A stretch of 64,000 nt of DNA from an uncultured Gemmatimonadales bacterium (GTDB lineage Bacteria; Gemmatimonadota; Gemmatimonadetes; Longimicrobiales; RSA9): positions 224,001 through 288,000 of the forward strand of contig CAVUKA010000003.1 in NCBI GenBank assembly GCA_963741945.1. The letters run 5' to 3'. Under the pieces are notes generated by a model. It made no database searches, was not told the DNA's origin, and worked only from the letters and a program-made list of their open reading frames with translations. Position 1 is the first letter of the stretch, and each line of letters begins with the position of its first letter. Both the position numbers and the translations under genes were made by a program. Positions 1-9,479 of this stretch are shown here, in pieces.

Positions 1-642
1 TCCCTCGGGGTCGATGTCAGGATCGCCCCCGGCGTGGTCCTGGACACCCGGGAAGGCCCCGTGCGACTCGAGGATGGCGTCACCATTGCGCCCTTCACCG
101 TCATCGCCGGGCCGGCATGGGTGGGGCCGGGCACGGCCATCCTCGGTGGACGGTTCGAGCACGTCAGCATCGGCCCCGTCTGCAAGGTCCACGGGGAGCT
201 GGAAGCGTCGGTGCTCCTGGGGTACTCGAACAAGGCGCACGACGGGTTCATCGGCCACGCCCTGCTCGGGATGTGGGTCAATCTGGGCGCCCTCACGACC
301 AACAGTGACCTGAAGAACAACTACGGGACGGTGCGCGTCTGGACCCCCGCCGGAGAGGTGGACACCGGGCTGCGCAAGGTCGGCTGCTTCCTCGGCGACC
401 ACGTGAAGACCGCCATCGGGACCATGCTCAATACCGGAACAGTGGTCGGGGCTGGTTCCAATGTGTTCGGCGGGATGCCGCCGAAGCGGATGCCGCCGTT
501 CAGCTGGGGCGATCCCGCGGCGGCCTACGACGTCGATCGCTTCCTGGACACCGCGGCCACCGTGATGGCGCGCCGCGATGTAGCCCTGAGCGACGGCCAG
601 CGCGCCCTCCTGCGGGCCGCCTGGCGGGTCGCCCGCGGCTGA
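1..642 (+). CDS. GlmU-like putative sugar nucleotidyltransferase, C-terminal hexapeptide (LbH) domain; 5' truncated by the window edge
   Basis: Frame open from base 1; hexapeptide repeats and motifs NKAHDGFIGHA, NLGALTTNSDLKNNY, GDHVKTAIGT. Confidence 0.8.
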   Translation, partial: SLGVDVRIAPGVVLDTREGPVRLEDGVTIAPFTVIAGPAWVGPGTAILGGRFEHVSIGPVCKVHGELEASVLLGYSNKAHDGFIGHALLGMWVNLGALTTNSDLKNNYGTVRVWTPAGEVDTGLRKVGCFLGDHVKTAIGTMLNTGTVVGAGSNVFGGMPPKRMPPFSWGDPAAAYDVDRFLDTAATVMARRDVALSDGQRALLRAAWRVARG

Positions 643-655
643 GCGGTCGCGACGT

Positions 656-683
656 TTGACACACCGACGCGCGACGCGAAGCT
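656..683 (+). promoter_or_regulatory. sigma70-type promoter, probably giving a leaderless transcript
   Basis: TTGACA (656-661), 16 nt, GAAGCT (678-683), then 7 nt to the ATG at 691; no SD. Confidence 0.5.
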
Positions 684-690
684 TTCCTCG

Positions 691-1512
691 ATGCGGGTGA
701 CCATCCTGGGCAGCGGAAGCCGCGGAAACGCGGTGCTCGTGGAGGCGGGGTCCACACGGCTGCTGGTGGACGCCGGCTTCAGTGGCAGGGACCTGGAACG
801 GCGCCTCGCCGCCGTGGACGTGACCCCGGATGCGATCACGGCGATTCTCATCACCCACGATCACGGTGACCACACGCGGGGCATGGGCGTCTTCGCCCGC
901 CGCTTCGGCACTCCGCTCCACGTGACGCCGCGAACGCTCGCCGCTACCCGGCGTCTGCTGCGCGGTGATGAGACGATCGTGGAGTATGACGCAGCGCGCC
1001 CGTTCCTGCTCGGGTCACTGCGGGTGGAGCCATTCCTCACCGTCCACGACGCCGCCGATCCCGTGGCGGTGACAGTCACCGACGCGGAGACCGGCTCCAA
1101 GCTCGGCGTGGCCACCGACCTCGGCCGCCCCACGACCGCCGTCCGTGCCGCCCTCGCCGGCAGCCACCTGCTCGTCCTGGAGTCGAATCACGACGATGAC
1201 CGCCTCTGGGCGGGCCCCTACCCGTGGTCGGTCAAGCAACGGATCGCCTCCAGCCACGGCCACCTGTCCAACCGCGCATCGGCCGAACTGGCCGCCGAGC
1301 TCTTCCATGACGGGCTCGCGGGCGTGATCCTGGCTCACCTCAGCGATTCCTGCAATGACCCGGGCCTGGCCGAGGAAACGGTAGGCCGCGCCCTCGAGCG
1401 GCTGCGGTTTCCGGGGCTCCTCTCCGTGGCGGCGCAGGACGAGCCGGGCGAGCCGATGGACCTGGAGGACCTCCGTCGTCGCATCGCGCCGCCGCAGCTC
1501 AGCCTGCTCTGA
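691..1512 (+). CDS. MBL-fold metallo-hydrolase (YycJ/WalJ-like)
   Basis: LGSGSRGN, THDHGDH, ESNHD and HGHLSN motifs. Confidence 0.9.
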   Translation: MRVTILGSGSRGNAVLVEAGSTRLLVDAGFSGRDLERRLAAVDVTPDAITAILITHDHGDHTRGMGVFARRFGTPLHVTPRTLAATRRLLRGDETIVEYDAARPFLLGSLRVEPFLTVHDAADPVAVTVTDAETGSKLGVATDLGRPTTAVRAALAGSHLLVLESNHDDDRLWAGPYPWSVKQRIASSHGHLSNRASAELAAELFHDGLAGVILAHLSDSCNDPGLAEETVGRALERLRFPGLLSVAAQDEPGEPMDLEDLRRRIAPPQLSLL

Positions 1513-1553
1513 CCCCGGTCCCTAAGTCCGCCACGCGTCGGTCCCTCGCCCCA

Positions 1554-1579
1554 TGAAACTCCGGACCCGGTGATCCGTA
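1554..1579 (+). promoter_or_regulatory. ECF (SigW-type) promoter
   Basis: TGAAAC-N16-CGTA, an exact match to the B. subtilis SigW consensus, upstream of the ORF at 1613. Confidence 0.6.
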
Positions 1580-1612
1580 CGGAGAGGCGACTCTAATGGC
1601 ACCGGGGGTAGC

Positions 1613-1969
1613 ATGGTCGGACGGATCAAGAACAATCGGGTCGTGCTTCGCGACCTCGCCATCTTCCAGCTCAAGCTCCTGCTCGACGGCTTCGCCGACC
1701 TCATCATTGCGCACGCGGCCGTGCTCGCCGTGCTCGTGGACGTCCTGTTCCCGGCGGAGCGGAAGGGGAAGCGGTTCTACGCGGTCATGGCACGCGCCGA
1801 GCGGTTCGACCACTGGTTGAGCCTGTACGGGGCTACCGACGCGGCCGACCTGGAGGAGGACGGCCTGTTCGGCGCCAGCCGCGCGGGCTCGGACACGCTG
1901 CTCGGCAAGCTGGAAGCGTTGATGACGGGGCGGTGGGAAGTGGCCGATGAGTCGGGTCCCGCCGCCTAG
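1613..1969 (+). CDS. hypothetical protein with one hydrophobic segment
   Basis: 118-aa ORF with coding-like codon use; 4-bp stop overlap with convergent rseP. Confidence 0.75.
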   Translation: MVGRIKNNRVVLRDLAIFQLKLLLDGFADLIIAHAAVLAVLVDVLFPAERKGKRFYAVMARAERFDHWLSLYGATDAADLEEDGLFGASRAGSDTLLGKLEALMTGRWEVADESGPAA

Positions 1970-3306
1970 ACCCCGAAGAGCCGCAGGACGTCATTGGCCA
2001 GCGCCCACACCATGATGGCCACGACGATCACGAGCCCGACCTGGCTGAGCCGGATCCGCTGCTCCGTGCTGAGCGCGCGCCCGCGGATCCCTTCCACCGC
2101 GAGAAAGAGCAGCTGACCACCGTCCAGGATGGGGATCGGGAGCAGGTTCAGGACGGCCAGATTGATCGAGAAGAGCGCCATGAACTGCAGGAAAGCGTCG
2201 AACCCCACCTGCACGACCTGCTCGCTGATCTTGTAGATCAGGATCGGGCCGCCCACGTCGCGTGGAGACGCCTGCCCGGTGAACAGCCCCCCCAGGAACT
2301 GCAGGATCATCTTCGTGATCCGTCCCGTCTCCCGCAGGCCCCAGCCCGCGGCCTGGATCGGCCCGAGCGGTGTGCGAAGATCCACCGGTGAGCGCATCAC
2401 GCCGATCCGACCGATCTCGGCACCGCCGGCCACTTCCGTGGGAGCAGGCGTCACGGTCAGCGCAACGCGTCGCCCGTCCCGCTCCACCACGAGCGGAACG
2501 GGCTGCCCGGGGTGAGGCTCGAGCGCGGCGACCAGGTCCTGCCAGCCGGTCACCGGGCGCCCCCCCGCCTCGACCACGACATCCCCGCTCTGCAGCCCGG
2601 CCGCGGCGGCCGGCGAGCCCTCGGTCACCGTCCCGACCAGGGCGGGCGTCTGGATTCTCGGCTCCATCGCCTGGACCAGATCGGAGCGCGCGGTGTCGCC
2701 GTCGGGGACCGGGACGGTGAGCGCCGGCTGGCCGGCGAACTCCAGGCGAACGGTGTCGCGGGCCATGCTCAGCAGCCGCTGGACGTCCGACCAGGTCTCG
2801 ACCTCGTTGCCATTCACCGCGGTGATGCGCCACCCCGGCTGAACGGACAGGAGCGCCGAGTCCACGGGCGGCACCAGCTCCTCCGCGAGATCGCCGACCA
2901 CGGGCTCGGGCGTCGGCGACACGCCCCAGACCAGCGCGATCACGGAGAACAGGAACCAGGCGAACAGGATGTTCATGATCACGCCGGCGGAGATGACCAG
3001 CGCCCGGGCGGGAAGCGACTTCGACTCGAAGTCCCGCCCTGTCTCACGCGCGGTGCTGGCGTCGTACTCCCCGCCCTCGAGCTCCTGCATGTCATCCATG
3101 CCGGCCATTCGCACGTAGCCGCCGAGCGGCAGCCACGCCACCACGTACTCCGTCTCGCCCCGGGTGAAGCCGAACATCTTCGGACCGAGGCCGATCGAGA
3201 ACCGGGGCACTTCGATGTCCATCCACTTCGCCGTGGCGAAGTGCCCCAGCTCGTGGACGAAGATCAGCACGCCCAGAATGACAATGGTCGCCAGGATCGT
3301 GATCAC
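1966..3306 (-). CDS. rseP: RIP metalloprotease RseP
   Basis: HELGH zinc motif, two PDZ domains, NLLPIPILDGG; GTG start overlaps the dxr stop. Confidence 0.95.
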   Translation of the reverse strand: MITILATIVILGVLIFVHELGHFATAKWMDIEVPRFSIGLGPKMFGFTRGETEYVVAWLPLGGYVRMAGMDDMQELEGGEYDASTARETGRDFESKSLPARALVISAGVIMNILFAWFLFSVIALVWGVSPTPEPVVGDLAEELVPPVDSALLSVQPGWRITAVNGNEVETWSDVQRLLSMARDTVRLEFAGQPALTVPVPDGDTARSDLVQAMEPRIQTPALVGTVTEGSPAAAAGLQSGDVVVEAGGRPVTGWQDLVAALEPHPGQPVPLVVERDGRRVALTVTPAPTEVAGGAEIGRIGVMRSPVDLRTPLGPIQAAGWGLRETGRITKMILQFLGGLFTGQASPRDVGGPILIYKISEQVVQVGFDAFLQFMALFSINLAVLNLLPIPILDGGQLLFLAVEGIRGRALSTEQRIRLSQVGLVIVVAIMVWALANDVLRLFGV

Positions 3307-4433
3307 CGCATCTCCTCGATGGCCCTTCGGGCTCGCGCCCGCGCTTCCGTGTCCGCCGCGCGTACCGCGGCCAGTGAATCGAGAATCCCGCCGCCGCACG
3401 TGTCGAGCGTTCGCTCGATCACCCGCGGAACGTCCACGAACCGCAAGGTCCCGTCCAAAAACCCCGCCACCGCGATTTCGTTCGCCGCGTTGAACACGGT
3501 CGGGCTCGAGCCCCCATCACGTCCGGCCGCCACGCCGAGGGAGAACGTGGGGAAACGCTCGGTGTCCACCGGCTCGAACGTCAGCGGCCCCGCTTCCACG
3601 GGGTTGAACGGACGCACGCCATCCTCGAGCCGCTCCGGGTGGGTCAGCGCGTAGAGGATCGGGAGCTCCATGGTCGGGAAGCCGAGCTGTGCGAGCACCG
3701 AACCATCGCGAAACTCCACCATGCTGTGGATGATGGACTGCGGGTGGACCACGGCCTCCAGCTGGCGGTAGGGCAGACCGAACAGGAAATGGGCCTCGAT
3801 GATTTCGAGGGCCTTGTTGGCCAGCGTCGCCGAGTCCACTGTGATCTTGGCGCCCATGTCCCAGGTGGGGTGCCGCAGCGCATCGCCAGGCCGGACGCGT
3901 TCCAGCGCTTCCCGACTCCATTCCCGGAATGCACCGCCGGACGCGGTGAGGATCAATCGACGGACCCCGCTCGCATCGCCAGCCGGCAGGCACTGGAGCA
4001 CCGCGCTGTGCTCACTGTCCACAGGGATGAGCTCGCCCCCGCCCCGCCGCATGGCTTCGAGGACCAGCGGCCCACCCGCCACCAGGGACTCTTTGTTCGC
4101 GAGCGCAACGCGCTTTCCGGCCTCGAGCGCAGCCACCGTGGCCTCGAGCCCCGCCGCACCCACCACGGCGTTCACCACGGTGTCGACTTCCGGATGGGTC
4201 GCAGCGGCGAGCAGTCCGTCCGCGCCCGATCGCCAACGCAGCCCGGGATCGGGTTCACCGTCGGCCAACACAACCATGGCCGGCCGGTATCGTTCCGCCT
4301 GGACCCCCAGCTCACGCGCGTTCCGTCCGGTCGCCAGCGCCACCACGCGGAACCGGTCCGGGTGACGGTCCAGAACCGCGAGCGTGCTCCGACCGACGGA
4401 GCCGGTCGATCCGAGAATCGCCACCCCTACCAT
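3303..4433 (-). CDS. dxr: 1-deoxy-D-xylulose-5-phosphate reductoisomerase
   Basis: ILGSTGSVG, LANKESLV, PVDSEHSA, HPTWDMGAKIT. Confidence 0.97.
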   Translation of the reverse strand: MVGVAILGSTGSVGRSTLAVLDRHPDRFRVVALATGRNARELGVQAERYRPAMVVLADGEPDPGLRWRSGADGLLAAATHPEVDTVVNAVVGAAGLEATVAALEAGKRVALANKESLVAGGPLVLEAMRRGGGELIPVDSEHSAVLQCLPAGDASGVRRLILTASGGAFREWSREALERVRPGDALRHPTWDMGAKITVDSATLANKALEIIEAHFLFGLPYRQLEAVVHPQSIIHSMVEFRDGSVLAQLGFPTMELPILYALTHPERLEDGVRPFNPVEAGPLTFEPVDTERFPTFSLGVAAGRDGGSSPTVFNAANEIAVAGFLDGTLRFVDVPRVIERTLDTCGGGILDSLAAVRAADTEARARARRAIEEMR

Positions 4434-5329
4434 GCGGGGCCGGTGTGCAGCAGGGCGGCCAGCCACCAGTACGCCGCTGGGATCGTGAAAATCAGCGAGT
4501 CCATCCGGTCCAGGATCCCGCCATGACCGGGGAAGAACGTGCCGGAGTCCTTGATCCCCGCCTCCCGTTTCCACACCGACTCCGCCAGGTCGCCCGCCTG
4601 CGAGATGGTGCCGATCAGGACGCCACCCACCGCGCCCGCCAGTGGGCTGAGCGGGATGCCCAGCCACAGCCGGAACACCAGCACGGTGACGACGAGGCCG
4701 GCCACGAGCCCGCCCCCGAGACCGGCCACGGCGCCCACCACCGTCTTACCGGGGCTCACGCTGGGAATCAGGCGCCGCTTTCCCCACCGCTTGCCGGCGA
4801 AGAACGCGGCCGAATCCGTCAGCCATGTGACCGCCAGCGGGTACGCCACCAGGGCCACGCCGGCCCAGCGGAACCAGCCTGCGGCCGGTGTGCTGGCGTG
4901 TAGCGGCTCCACGGGCAGGTAGCGAAGGAACATCGCGTACGCCATGGCGCCTGCGGGCAGCAGGGCGCCCAGCGCCGTGGTGGCTACCGCGACGAACGGT
5001 CGTCCGTCCGGTCCGCGCTCCCAGATGGCCGCCAGCGAGAGGAGGAGGAGGAAGGCCAGCGTGCCCGTCCACAGATACGGCAATGCGGCGGCAACGGCGG
5101 GATAGGCAGCCGCCACGAGGACCACTGCGGCCGCAGCCACGGCGCCGGGGACCTTGAGCGGCTGAACCCCGCGGAGCTCCGCCATCCGGTAGGCCTCCAG
5201 CGCCGCGCCGACGGAGAAGAACGCGAGCACCGGCCCCAGCGCCCACCGGCCGACCCAGAGGACCACCACGGCCACGGGGATCCCCACCGCGGCCACGGCC
5301 ACGCGCTGCGAGAGCTCGCTTCGGGGCAT
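4427..5329 (-). CDS. cdsA: phosphatidate cytidylyltransferase
   Basis: SPGKTVVG, GDLAESVWKR, KDSG..PGHGGILDRMDS. Confidence 0.95.
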   Translation of the reverse strand: MPRSELSQRVAVAAVGIPVAVVVLWVGRWALGPVLAFFSVGAALEAYRMAELRGVQPLKVPGAVAAAAVVLVAAAYPAVAAALPYLWTGTLAFLLLLSLAAIWERGPDGRPFVAVATTALGALLPAGAMAYAMFLRYLPVEPLHASTPAAGWFRWAGVALVAYPLAVTWLTDSAAFFAGKRWGKRRLIPSVSPGKTVVGAVAGLGGGLVAGLVVTVLVFRLWLGIPLSPLAGAVGGVLIGTISQAGDLAESVWKREAGIKDSGTFFPGHGGILDRMDSLIFTIPAAYWWLAALLHTGPAW

Positions 5330-5333
5330 GCGC

Positions 5334-6077
5334 TCAGTTCGCGCGAACGCGGCCGAAGCGCCGCTCCCGCCGCTGGTACTCCACGATGGCCGTGTACAGG
5401 TCCTGCCGCGTGAAGTCCGGCCACAGCGTGAGCGTGGTGTAGATCTCCGAGTACGCCACCTGCCACAGCATGAAGTTGCTGATCCGTTGCTCTCCCGACG
5501 TCCGGATCAGCAGATCGGGGTCCGGAAGGCCCGCCGTGCACAGCCGACGTTCCAGCATCGCTTCATCGATCTCGTCCGGCCGGATCCGGCCAGCGGCCGC
5601 CTCTTCTGCCAGCAATCGGGCAGCCCGCACGAGGTCGGCCCGACCGCCATAGCTGATCATGAGGTTCAGCAGCAGCTCGGTCCCCCCTCGCGTGGCCTCC
5701 TGGATCTCCATCACGGCGCGCATCGGGCCGGTCGCGAGGCGCTCCAGGTCGCCGTGGACGCGTACCTCCACCCCCTGCGCCCGCAGCTCTTCGCGCTCCT
5801 TCTTCACGTAGCGCTGGAGCAGCGTCATCAGAGCGCTCACCTCCGCCTTCGGACGCTCCCAGTTCTCCTGCGAGAACGCGAACAGCGTGAGCACACCCAC
5901 ACCGGCTTCGATCGCGCCTTCGATCGCTTCACGCACCGCCGTCATGCCGGCCGCATGCCCGCGGTGCCGCGGCAGTCCACGCGCCCGCGCCCAGCGCCCG
6001 TTACCATCCATGATGATGGCCACGTGCTCCGGGACTCGGCCGTTGATCCTGAGCCGCTGGAGGAGGTCGGAGGACAT
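5334..6077 (-). CDS. uppS: undecaprenyl diphosphate synthase
   Basis: HVAIIMDGNGRWA, FSQENWERP, RTSGEQRISNF. Confidence 0.97.
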   Translation of the reverse strand: MSSDLLQRLRINGRVPEHVAIIMDGNGRWARARGLPRHRGHAAGMTAVREAIEGAIEAGVGVLTLFAFSQENWERPKAEVSALMTLLQRYVKKEREELRAQGVEVRVHGDLERLATGPMRAVMEIQEATRGGTELLLNLMISYGGRADLVRAARLLAEEAAAGRIRPDEIDEAMLERRLCTAGLPDPDLLIRTSGEQRISNFMLWQVAYSEIYTTLTLWPDFTRQDLYTAIVEYQRRERRFGRVRAN

Positions 6078-6111
6078 TGGTGGGCGACGTGGGGGCGGAA
6101 AGGTGTGGAGG

Positions 6112-6663
6112 TCAGACCTCCATCACCTCCGCCTCCTTCGCCGTCATGAGCTCGTCGATCCGGGTGATGTACTGGTCGGTCAGCGACTGGACCTCATCCA
6201 TCTGCCGGTGCGCCTCGTCCTCGCTGATCTCGTGATCGTGCTCCAGCTGCTTCAGCTCCTTGTTCGCCTCCTGGCGCGCATGACGGATGCTGACCCGACC
6301 TTCCTCCGCCATCTTGTGGAGCAGTCGGACCATGTCCTTGCGGCGCTCCTCGCTCAGCGGCGGAATGGGAACCCGGATCACGTCCCCGTCGTTCGACGGG
6401 TTCAGCCCCAGGTCGGCGGACTGGATCGCCCGCTCCACGTTCGTCATCACGGACTTGTCCCACGGCTGGATGACGATCAGGCGCGGCTCCGGTGTGCTCA
6501 CGGTCGCCACCTGGTTGAGAGGGACCTTCGAGCCGTACGCGTCCACGCGGACCGTGTCCAGCAGCGCGGGAGTAGCCTTCCCGGTCCGCACGGTTGCGAA
6601 CTCGCGCCGCATTGCGTCTACGGCCGCTTCCATCTGCTCTCGCGTCTTCTTGATCGTCGGCAT
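6112..6663 (-). CDS. frr: ribosome recycling factor
   Basis: RTGKATPALLD, LGLNPSNDG, PPLSEERRK. Confidence 0.97.
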   Translation of the reverse strand: MPTIKKTREQMEAAVDAMRREFATVRTGKATPALLDTVRVDAYGSKVPLNQVATVSTPEPRLIVIQPWDKSVMTNVERAIQSADLGLNPSNDGDVIRVPIPPLSEERRKDMVRLLHKMAEEGRVSIRHARQEANKELKQLEHDHEISEDEAHRQMDEVQSLTDQYITRIDELMTAKEAEVMEV

Positions 6664-6721
6664 TCACACCTCGGGGTTCGCTACCTGCGTCGGTCGCCCC
6701 GTGAACTTAGGGGGCGGCGGC

Positions 6722-7468
6722 TCACGACACTAGCGTTCCGATCTCCTGACCCCGGATCGCCCGCACCACGGAGTCCGGCTGCCCGATGTCCAGCACGATG
6801 ATCGGAACGCCATTCTCCTTGCACAGCGACACCGCCGCCGCGTCCATCACCCTCAGCTCCCTCGTCATCACGTCCATGAAGCTCAGCCGCGGATAGAACT
6901 CCGCGTCCGGCTCGCGCTCCGGGTCGGCACTGTAGACGCCCTTGACCCGCGTCGCCTTGATCAGGACCTCCGCTTCCATCTCGATCGCGCGCAGGACCGC
7001 CGCCGTGTCCGTCGAGAAGTAGGGATTCCCGGTGCCGCCCGCGAACAGGACCACGCGCCCCTTCTCCAGGTGGCGCAGCGCCCGGCGACGGATGTACGGC
7101 TCCGCCAGCTGTTCCATCCGGATCGCCGTCATCGCGCGCGTCTCGATCCCCTTCCGCTCCAGCACGTCCTGCAGCGCCAGGGCGTTGATCACCGTGGCGA
7201 GCATCCCCATGTAGTCCGCGTTCACGCGGTCCATCCCCTCGGCGCTCGCCTTCGTGCCACGCACAATGTTGCCTCCGCCGATCACGACCCCCAGCGCCAC
7301 TCCCATCCCGCGGACCGCGGCCACGTGGTCCGTCAGCGTGGCAATGGCCTGTGGGGAGATGCCGAATCCCTGCTCGCCCGCCAGCGACTCCCCGCTCAGC
7401 TTCAACAACACACGACGGTATTTCACGTCGGGATCCGGCACTCCGGGCATCGCTTCCGAGGACCCCAC
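6722..7468 (-). CDS. pyrH: UMP kinase (start could be 7450)
   Basis: LLKLSGE, GGGNIVRG, GTGNPYFSTD. Confidence 0.97.
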   Translation of the reverse strand: MGSSEAMPGVPDPDVKYRRVLLKLSGESLAGEQGFGISPQAIATLTDHVAAVRGMGVALGVVIGGGNIVRGTKASAEGMDRVNADYMGMLATVINALALQDVLERKGIETRAMTAIRMEQLAEPYIRRRALRHLEKGRVVLFAGGTGNPYFSTDTAAVLRAIEMEAEVLIKATRVKGVYSADPEREPDAEFYPRLSFMDVMTRELRVMDAAAVSLCKENGVPIIVLDIGQPDSVVRAIRGQEIGTLVS

Positions 7469-7470
7469 CG

Positions 7471-8304
7471 CTACTCGCCCAGCTCGTAGCGGACGAACCG
7501 ACGCACTTCCGCGGGCGCCACCAGCGATCCGACCGTGGTGTCCGGGTCCTTCACGAACGGCTGCTCCACGAGCGCGTTCTCCTTGTAGAACTTCTTGAGC
7601 TTCCCTTCAACGATCTTGTCCTGGATGTTTTCTGGCTTCCCCTCCTGCCGGACCTGCTCGCGGTAAACGGAGCGCTCACGCTCCACCACCTCCGGCTCGA
7701 TCTCGTCCGCCTTTACCGCCAGCGGACGCGATGCAGCCACGTGCATCGCCACGTCCCGCGCCAGATCCCCCGTTCCCGCGGCGCTGAGCTCCACGAGCAC
7801 GCCGATCTTCCCCGTCATGTGCACGTAGCTGGAGATTTCGCCAGCATCGCTCTCGAAGCGGGCGAATCGGCGAACCACGATCTTTTCACCGGTCTTGGCC
7901 GAGACTTCCGTCACCACGGCCTCCACCGTCCGGTCGCCGCCCCGGAAGGGCTGCCCAAGGAGCGCATCACCGTCACTCGATCCATTCGTGTCTGAAGCGT
8001 GCTCCACTACGTGCTCCGCCAGCGCTTGCGCCAGCGCCCGGAAATCATCCGTGCGTGCGACGAAATCGGTCTCGCAGTTCACTTCCACGAGCGCGCCCAC
8101 GTTCCCCGCCACGTGACTCGCCACCACACCTTCGGACGCCTCCTTGCCCGCCCGCTTCGCGGCCTTCGCCGTGCCCCTCGACCGCAGCAGGTCGATGGCC
8201 GCTTCCATGTCTCCGTCCGTTTCCTGCAGCGCCTTCTTGCAATCCATCATTCCGGCGCCCGTCCGTTCCCGGAGCTCCTTCACCTCTGCCGCACTGATCG
8301 CCAT
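7471..8304 (-). CDS. tsf: elongation factor Ts
   Basis: VKELRERTGAGMMDCKKAL, EVNCETDFVA. Confidence 0.97.
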   Translation of the reverse strand: MAISAAEVKELRERTGAGMMDCKKALQETDGDMEAAIDLLRSRGTAKAAKRAGKEASEGVVASHVAGNVGALVEVNCETDFVARTDDFRALAQALAEHVVEHASDTNGSSDGDALLGQPFRGGDRTVEAVVTEVSAKTGEKIVVRRFARFESDAGEISSYVHMTGKIGVLVELSAAGTGDLARDVAMHVAASRPLAVKADEIEPEVVERERSVYREQVRQEGKPENIQDKIVEGKLKKFYKENALVEQPFVKDPDTTVGSLVAPAEVRRFVRYELGE

Positions 8305-8335
8305 GGCCACTTCCCTCGTTGATCTATCCTGTCGT

Positions 8336-8371
8336 GAAAAAGCGCCGCAGGGCCGCGACAATCGCGGCGCT
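8336..8371 (-). terminator. intrinsic terminator/attenuator between rpsB and tsf
   Basis: mRNA AGCGCCGC-15 nt-GCGGCGCT followed by TTTTC. Confidence 0.55.
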
Positions 8372-8412
8372 GAAGCGCTCTTCGTACTCCGAGCCGGAGC
8401 TCACGCCGCGCG

Positions 8413-9315
8413 CTACTGCTCCTCGCCGCTTTCGCCCTCGCTCCCGCTCTCGGCACCTTCGGACTCGCCGCCCGTGCGCGCCTGCGCAATCGCTTCCGGA
8501 CGGGGACGACGCCGCTTCGGACGCCGCTTCGGCCGCTTCGGCCGATCCTTCCGCTCCTCCACTTCCTGCACACCCTGCTCACTGGAGTACGTCACGGCGC
8601 CCTCGTCCTCGCGCCCTGCGGTCTCCGGCATCTCCTTGCGCGCGGCCTCGATGGCGTCCGCGATCGCCTTCGTGATCAGCGCAACGCTCCGGATCGCATC
8701 ATCGTTGCCGGGGATCGGGTAATCGATCACGTCCGGGTCGGCATTGGTGTCTGCAATGGCGATGACCGGGATCCCGAGCTTGTTGGCTTCCTTGACCGCG
8801 ATGGTCTCCTTCTTGGCGTCCACCACGAAGATCGCCCCCGGCAGCCGCCCCATGTCCTTCACGCCCACCAGGTACTTGTTCAGCTTCTCCCTCTCCCGCT
8901 CGAGAAGGAGCTGCTCCTTCTTCGTGTAGAACTCGTAGGAGCCTTCCTCGATCCCTCGCTCCAGCTCCTTCAGGCGACGGATCTGCTGCTTGATGGTCTG
9001 GAAGTTCGTCAGCATCCCACCCAGCCATCGCTCGGTCACGTAGAACGCGCCGCTGCGCTCCGCTTCCTGCTCGACGATCCCGCGTAGCTGCCGCTTCGTG
9101 CAGACGAACACCACCCGGTTCCCGTGCATCACCACGTCCCGGACCTGCGCCTGCGCCTCCTGCAGGAGCTGGTGCGTCTTGCGCAGGTCGATGATGTGGA
9201 TCCCGCTGCGGGCCGCGAAGATGTACTTCCGCATCTTCGGGTTCCAGCGGCTGCTCTGGTGCCCGAAGTGCACCCCTGCCTCCAGCAGGTCCTTGATTTC
9301 CGGCGCTACTGCCAT
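8413..9315 (-). CDS. rpsB: 30S ribosomal protein S2
   Basis: [31 protein letters not shown]. Confidence 0.98.
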   Translation of the reverse strand: MAVAPEIKDLLEAGVHFGHQSSRWNPKMRKYIFAARSGIHIIDLRKTHQLLQEAQAQVRDVVMHGNRVVFVCTKRQLRGIVEQEAERSGAFYVTERWLGGMLTNFQTIKQQIRRLKELERGIEEGSYEFYTKKEQLLLEREREKLNKYLVGVKDMGRLPGAIFVVDAKKETIAVKEANKLGIPVIAIADTNADPDVIDYPIPGNDDAIRSVALITKAIADAIEAARKEMPETAGREDEGAVTYSSEQGVQEVEERKDRPKRPKRRPKRRRPRPEAIAQARTGGESEGAESGSEGESGEEQ

Positions 9316-9335
9316 TCGGTGTCTCTCTTCATGAC

Positions 9336-9425
9336 TCGGGTTTTTCTCTCGTCCGCGACCTTCCCCCGCGTGCCGCCCCTCCCGGGGACCCTGGCCTCCG
9401 CGTCCAGCCGCGTGCGTATTTCGTA
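9336..9425 (-). ncRNA. S2 (rpsB/t44-type) leader cis-regulatory RNA
   Basis: 5' UTR reads TACGCACGCGGCT...GGTCGCGGACGAGAGAAAAACCC, with a CGCGGCT/GGTCGCG helix and an AAAAACCC motif resembling S2 leaders. Confidence 0.6.
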
Positions 9426-9479
9426 TTTGCCCTGCCCGTCCCGCGCCACATGCCCCTGGCGGGAACCGCCGTCAGGCGA

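Noticed and set aside
1597-1612. TGGCACCGGGGGTAGC as a sigma54 promoter
   Set aside because: Spacing is 11 nt and it directly abuts the start codon.
8511-8545. Short GCCGCTTCGG repeats as a possible array
   Set aside because: They encode the PKR repeats of the S2 tail; there are no spacers or cas genes.
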